DNA of 19,507 bases from an uncultured Nitrospiraceae bacterium. Lineage in GTDB: Bacteria; Nitrospirota; Thermodesulfovibrionia; Thermodesulfovibrionales; Dissulfurispiraceae. The translations under genes were made by a program, and so were the position numbers. The notes below the pieces were generated by a model. The model was not told the origin of the DNA. It made no database searches and saw only the letters and a program-made list of their open reading frames with translations. Location of the stretch: positions 1-19,507 of the forward strand of contig CAMTVO010000003.1 in the NCBI GenBank assembly GCA_947085205.1, in the 5' to 3' direction. How positions within the stretch are numbered: the stretch's first letter is position 1; each line of letters starts with the position of its first letter. This document shows positions 16,060-19,507 of this stretch, piece after piece.

Positions 16060-18072
16060 TTACCTGTGATACTTAGCCACCAGAAATCTCTCCGATTCAA
16101 GATATTCAACCGCTTTATTTATATCTTTCCTCTTGCCTATGAGCAAGATCACATCCCCTGATTTTAATACAAAATCCGGGGGCGGGTTCTGATAGACCTC
16201 ATCTCCCCTCTGGACAGCGATAATCGTAACTCCGGTTTCGGCCCTGAGATGCAATTCCTTCAGAGTATGGCCGTCCACTTTTGAAGATTCCTTTATAAGA
16301 TAGGTCTCAGTCTCTATGTCCTTCAGGAATTCATGCCTTTCTGCAAGATGTTTTTTAGGCAATTCAACGGTTCTCAAGACACTGTAACTGTCTTTTCTGA
16401 TATTTTCTATATGCTCTGCTATCATATTCCTCGGCACATGATAGTGGTGGAGCACCCTTGAGAATATCTCTATGGATGTCTCAAACTCCTCCGGCAGGAC
16501 TTCGTTCGCGCCGAGTTTAATGAGGTCTTCCACCTCGGCTACATACCTTGTCCTGACAACTATATGCAGATTCGGGTTTTCGAGCTTCGCTATCTGTACA
16601 ATCCGGCGCGTAGCAGCAGCATCTGATATGGCAACTACAAGTGCCTTTGCCCTGTGCACTCCAATTTTGTGCAGTATCTCAACGCTCGTTCCGTCTCCAT
16701 AATAAATCGGCTCTCCCTTCTTTTTCATTCTCCGTACCGTATCAGCATTCATTTCGAGGACAACATAGGGAATGTCCGATTCCTTTAATACCTTCGCAAG
16801 ATTGCTGCCGTTGATCCCGAACCCCACTATTATCACATGCCCTGATTTTTTTGCGGGGAAGGCTTCTTTTTCCTTTCGCCTCCTCAATCTCTCAAAGCTC
16901 TTAAACGGAAGCCTTGAAACAACCCATCCCGACACTACAGGGGAAGCGCCTATTATGAAAGGCGTTATGAGCATTGTAAACACCGAGGCCGAAAGGAACA
17001 TCTGATACGCATACTCCGTAAGCAGTCCGGCTCCCTTTCCGGCAAGGGCAAGCACAAAGGAAAACTCGCCTATCTGCGACAGATAAAACCCTGTCTGTAA
17101 CGAAACTCTTATGGACTGTCCGGCAACCGCAGCAGAAATCATACCGGTAATTGACTTTAAAATTAAAATGCCAACTACCACCGTAATTACCGTAAAGATG
17201 TTGTCCACAAAAAAGCCTGTATTCATGAGCATCCCGACGGATATAAAGAAAAGACCCGTAAAGCTCTCTTTAAGGGGCAGTATGTCTGATATGGCCTGTG
17301 AGGCATACTCGGACTCGGATATGACTATGCCGGCAAGAAATGCCCCGAGAGCAAGGGAAAGGCCAAGTTTTGATGTGAGAAACGCTGTGCCGATGCATAA
17401 TAATATAATGGTAATGACAAAAAGCTCACGGCTCCTCGTCCTTACCACCTCATGCAGCATGCGCGGCACTGCCCACCTTGCGGCAAAAAGGACTATGCCT
17501 ACCACCATAAAGGCCTTGAGCATTGTAAATGCAATCTTTTCCATGCCCCCGCCATTGCCGGCGAGCACCGGAATAAGGAGCATGAAAGGCACTACGCATA
17601 AGTCCTGAAATATGAGTATGCCTACGGATGCGCGTCCGTGGGGGGCGTTTATTTCAGCTCTGTCCATAAGCAGCTTAATGACTATTGCTGTACTGCTCAG
17701 AGCCACGAGAAATCCGTCAAAGACAGCCGCATTCAGTTCCTGCTTTAAAAAGAAAAAGCTCAAAAGTATCACCAATCCGGTAGTCAATGTAACCTGCAGC
17801 AGCCCTCCGCCTAAAACCTGAGAGCGGAGCATCATGAGATTTTTCAGGGAAAACTCAAGCCCGATTGTGAACATGAGCAGTATAACGCCGATTTCGGCTA
17901 ACAGTTCGACTTTGTGGACATCTTCTATAAATCCGAAGCCGTGAGGTCCCATTATAACTCCGGCAATCAGGAAGCCGACAATGGAGGGTATCTTCAGTCT
18001 TCCCAATATGAATACAACAAAGGCGGAGACACCAAAAATAACAACCAACGCTTTTAAGAATTCAAGTCCCAT
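16060..18072 (-). CDS. Monovalent cation:proton antiporter-2 (KefB/KefC-like) with RCK-N and RCK-C domains
   Basis: AEIGVILLMFTIGLE, ALSSTAIV, GILIFQD, LGAFLAG and SQIGEFSFV motifs; VIIVGFGING Rossmann motif; C-terminal TrkA-C domain. Confidence 0.93.
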   Translation of the reverse strand: MGLEFLKALVVIFGVSAFVVFILGRLKIPSIVGFLIAGVIMGPHGFGFIEDVHKVELLAEIGVILLMFTIGLEFSLKNLMMLRSQVLGGGLLQVTLTTGLVILLSFFFLKQELNAAVFDGFLVALSSTAIVIKLLMDRAEINAPHGRASVGILIFQDLCVVPFMLLIPVLAGNGGGMEKIAFTMLKAFMVVGIVLFAARWAVPRMLHEVVRTRSRELFVITIILLCIGTAFLTSKLGLSLALGAFLAGIVISESEYASQAISDILPLKESFTGLFFISVGMLMNTGFFVDNIFTVITVVVGILILKSITGMISAAVAGQSIRVSLQTGFYLSQIGEFSFVLALAGKGAGLLTEYAYQMFLSASVFTMLITPFIIGASPVVSGWVVSRLPFKSFERLRRRKEKEAFPAKKSGHVIIVGFGINGSNLAKVLKESDIPYVVLEMNADTVRRMKKKGEPIYYGDGTSVEILHKIGVHRAKALVVAISDAAATRRIVQIAKLENPNLHIVVRTRYVAEVEDLIKLGANEVLPEEFETSIEIFSRVLHHYHVPRNMIAEHIENIRKDSYSVLRTVELPKKHLAERHEFLKDIETETYLIKESSKVDGHTLKELHLRAETGVTIIAVQRGDEVYQNPPPDFVLKSGDVILLIGKRKDINKAVEYLESERFLVAKYHR

Positions 18073-18126
18073 AGTTTTTTATGATAACAGCTTTTTGGTT
18101 CTAATGACATCATTTTGTCCTTAAAA

Positions 18127-18209
18127 TGTCATTCCGCACTTGCCTGCCCTCGAAGTCCTTAATCGGGGGATGCGGAATCCAGTTCCTTATTCAAAAACTC
18201 TGGATTCCC
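18127..18209. repeat. REP-like palindrome doublet with nested mini-hairpin; second copy cut short
   Basis: ATTCCGCA (18131-18138) / TGCGGAAT (18171-18178) surround the insert at 18142-18169. GGAATCCAG (18174-18182) / CTGGATTCC (18200-18208) form a second inverted repeat. Confidence 0.7.
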
Positions 18210-18230
18210 AAAACGGATAAAAAACGGGGA

Positions 18231-18520
18231 TAAAGGGGACGGTTCTATTTATCTTCAATACCAAGTGCCAAGTTATGCGCTCTTTTTATAATGTAAGGCA
18301 TACCAGTCTATAACCTGTCTAATCATTTTTTGATACGAGGTATGATGTTTCTTTGCCTCTTTCTTGAAGAATTCAACGCTTGCTTTTTTTAAGGCAATCG
18401 TTACTTTAATATTTTCTTCTTTTAAGACCAGTTGCTCCAGCGGAGGAAGAAAATCTTTAATAACTCTCAAACTTTGGCGATTTAATCATTTAAATAGTTT
18501 AAATAGAACCGTCCCCTTTA
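18231..18520. mobile_element. Non-autonomous cassette bounded by a perfect 21-bp inverted repeat, carrying an antitoxin-like fragment
   Basis: TAAAGGGGACGGTTCTATTTA (18231-18251) is the exact reverse complement of 18500-18520. 18228-18257 is also a 30-bp exact copy of 18962-18991. Confidence 0.6.
18273..18470 (-). pseudogene. CopG/BrnA-like ribbon-helix-helix antitoxin, probably N-terminally truncated, no toxin partner
   Basis: KDFLPPLEQLVLKEENIKVTIAL...SYQKMIRQVIDWY resembles BrnA/CopG-type antitoxins. It has only a TTG start without SD, and an in-frame stop six codons upstream. Confidence 0.6.
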
Positions 18521-18541
18521 CATAATAAAACATGGTCCGCA

Positions 18542-18943
18542 TTATCTGTTCCGTTTTATCGTCAAAAGATAGTGTCCGGCTGAGAGAGCGATAATAATGG
18601 CGCCCATTCCTATTAAGGTGAGGCTCGAAACCTCTTCTATATCCAGAATGACGACCTTGCGGGCGATAGCAATCATGGCAACCGTGAACACGACTTCAAC
18701 ATGCACTGTCTTTTTGGTTAGATACATCTTTACGGTCTCCAATAACTCAACACCTATCAGCACCAATAGAAACATGCCAAAAATGTCCAACAGTTCATTA
18801 ATATCGAGCAGAAATACAGGAGGGCTGATAATATCTTTTATGATAAGCCATCCCAATTCCACTGTGGAAAGAAAAACAACCGACACCATCATAATCAAGA
18901 GCGATAAGACGATCACTCTTTCGACCTTCTCAAGATATTTCAT
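18542..18943 (-). CDS. Phosphate-starvation-inducible PsiE-family membrane protein
   Basis: Four TM segments, FLLVLIGVELLET and AMIAIARKVVILD signatures, AGGAG SD. Confidence 0.85.
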   Translation of the reverse strand: MKYLEKVERVIVLSLLIMMVSVVFLSTVELGWLIIKDIISPPVFLLDINELLDIFGMFLLVLIGVELLETVKMYLTKKTVHVEVVFTVAMIAIARKVVILDIEEVSSLTLIGMGAIIIALSAGHYLLTIKRNR

Positions 18944-18965
18944 GCCTGCTCCTTTGAAAACGGAT

Positions 18966-19392
18966 AAAGGGGACGGTTCTATTTATCTTCATTTTCACTC
19001 TTTTTCGGCCTTCCCTGCGCTTTAATTACCGCCTCTACATTGTGCTCTTTGCTTACCTTTTCAATAAAGTCTTCACTGCCATATATCGCCCTTCTGTTCA
19101 TCTCCCCTTTCATCGCCTTCTTATCCCTGATCATCCCTTTGACAAAGTCTCTGTATCTTTTTCTCCTGTCAGCTTCGTTGTCTGAGAGTCCTCTGTAGAT
19201 TTGGTGTTCATCGGTTATCTTGTCAGCCTTACCATAGGCATATGCATTATAACTGCTCCATCTGTAATCCTTCGGGTCTTCAACTATCTTTGCCCTCACC
19301 GGATTCAGCTCAACATAACTGCCGCATGCAAGAAGATAATTGTCCTTTGATATGAGGATGCTTTTATGTCAATAATCAGAACCGTCCCCTTT
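18966..19392. mobile_element. Degenerate Y1/RAYT (IS200/IS605 superfamily) element bounded by 15-bp inverted repeats
   Basis: AAAGGGGACGGTTCT (18966-18980) and AGAACCGTCCCCTTT (19378-19392) flank the transposase remnant. Confidence 0.7.
18979..19368 (-). pseudogene. REP-associated tyrosine transposase (Y1_Tnp-like), N-terminal half deleted
   Basis: The frame extends upstream of the called ORF as HKSILISKDNYLLACGSYVELNPVRAKIVEDPKDYRWSSY, containing the YxxxNP catalytic Tyr and YRWSS, and ends in GRPKK. There is a stop at 19371-19369, and no HUH motif or proper start codon. Confidence 0.8.
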
Positions 19393-19437
19393 TCCGTTCT
19401 CTTTTGCAAGAGCCTCTTATAAGTGTATTATATTGTT

Positions 19438-19507
19438 ATGCCAATAGCCAAAGTAACACGCAAACTGCTTACTGCTCTCCGGGAAGTAATAATAGACATT
19501 CTTCCCA
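19438..19507 (+). CDS. Possible 5' end of a gene running off the window edge
   Basis: ATG 19438 is open to the edge (MPIAKVTRKLLTALREVIIDILP), with TTGCAA/TATTAT-like boxes upstream and no SD. Too short to identify. Confidence 0.3.
   Translation, partial: MPIAKVTRKLLTALREVIIDILP

Noticed and set aside
15693..16109. 138-aa minus-strand ORF
   Set aside because: It is antisense to the MFS gene and runs through REP-like hairpins, so it is probably spurious.
86..19025. Many short antisense or alternative-frame ORFs in the track (for example 2962-3456, 7518-7877, 17111-17608, 18597-19025)
   Set aside because: They are shadows of well-supported genes and have no motifs or SD sites of their own.
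18228..19392. CRISPR array or integron attC array
   Set aside because: The repeats alternate in orientation with spacers of hundreds of bp, no cas or integrase gene is present, and no attC-like structure was seen.

Overview
Bacterial window with three zones. (1) 1-8760 is mostly on the minus strand: small zinc-ribbon, PGPGW and hypothetical genes; a YqhA-family gene truncated by a REP-like repeat; a two-subunit biotin-dependent carboxylase (pyruvate carboxylase-like) with a divergent LysR regulator; and htpX-purE-purK. (2) 8850-15885 is a tightly coupled plus-strand operon: chrB, a His-rich 94-aa protein, a probable selenoprotein, a PEP-synthase-like ATP-grasp/phospho-His enzyme lacking the pyruvate-binding barrel, an HD hydrolase and an MFS transporter. 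In the selenoprotein an in-frame TGA at 10459-10461, followed by a SECIS-like hairpin, fuses a DUF2703-like thioredoxin-fold domain to an ArsC/LMW-PTP domain. This operon is the best candidate for an undescribed oxyanion detoxification or signalling system. (3) 15886-19507 holds a CPA2/Kef antiporter, nested REP-like hairpins, and four alternating AAAGGGGACGGTTCT repeats that delimit an orphan antitoxin-like fragment, a PsiE-family gene and an internally deleted Y1/RAYT-type transposase. All family calls come from motif recognition by eye; no searches were run.
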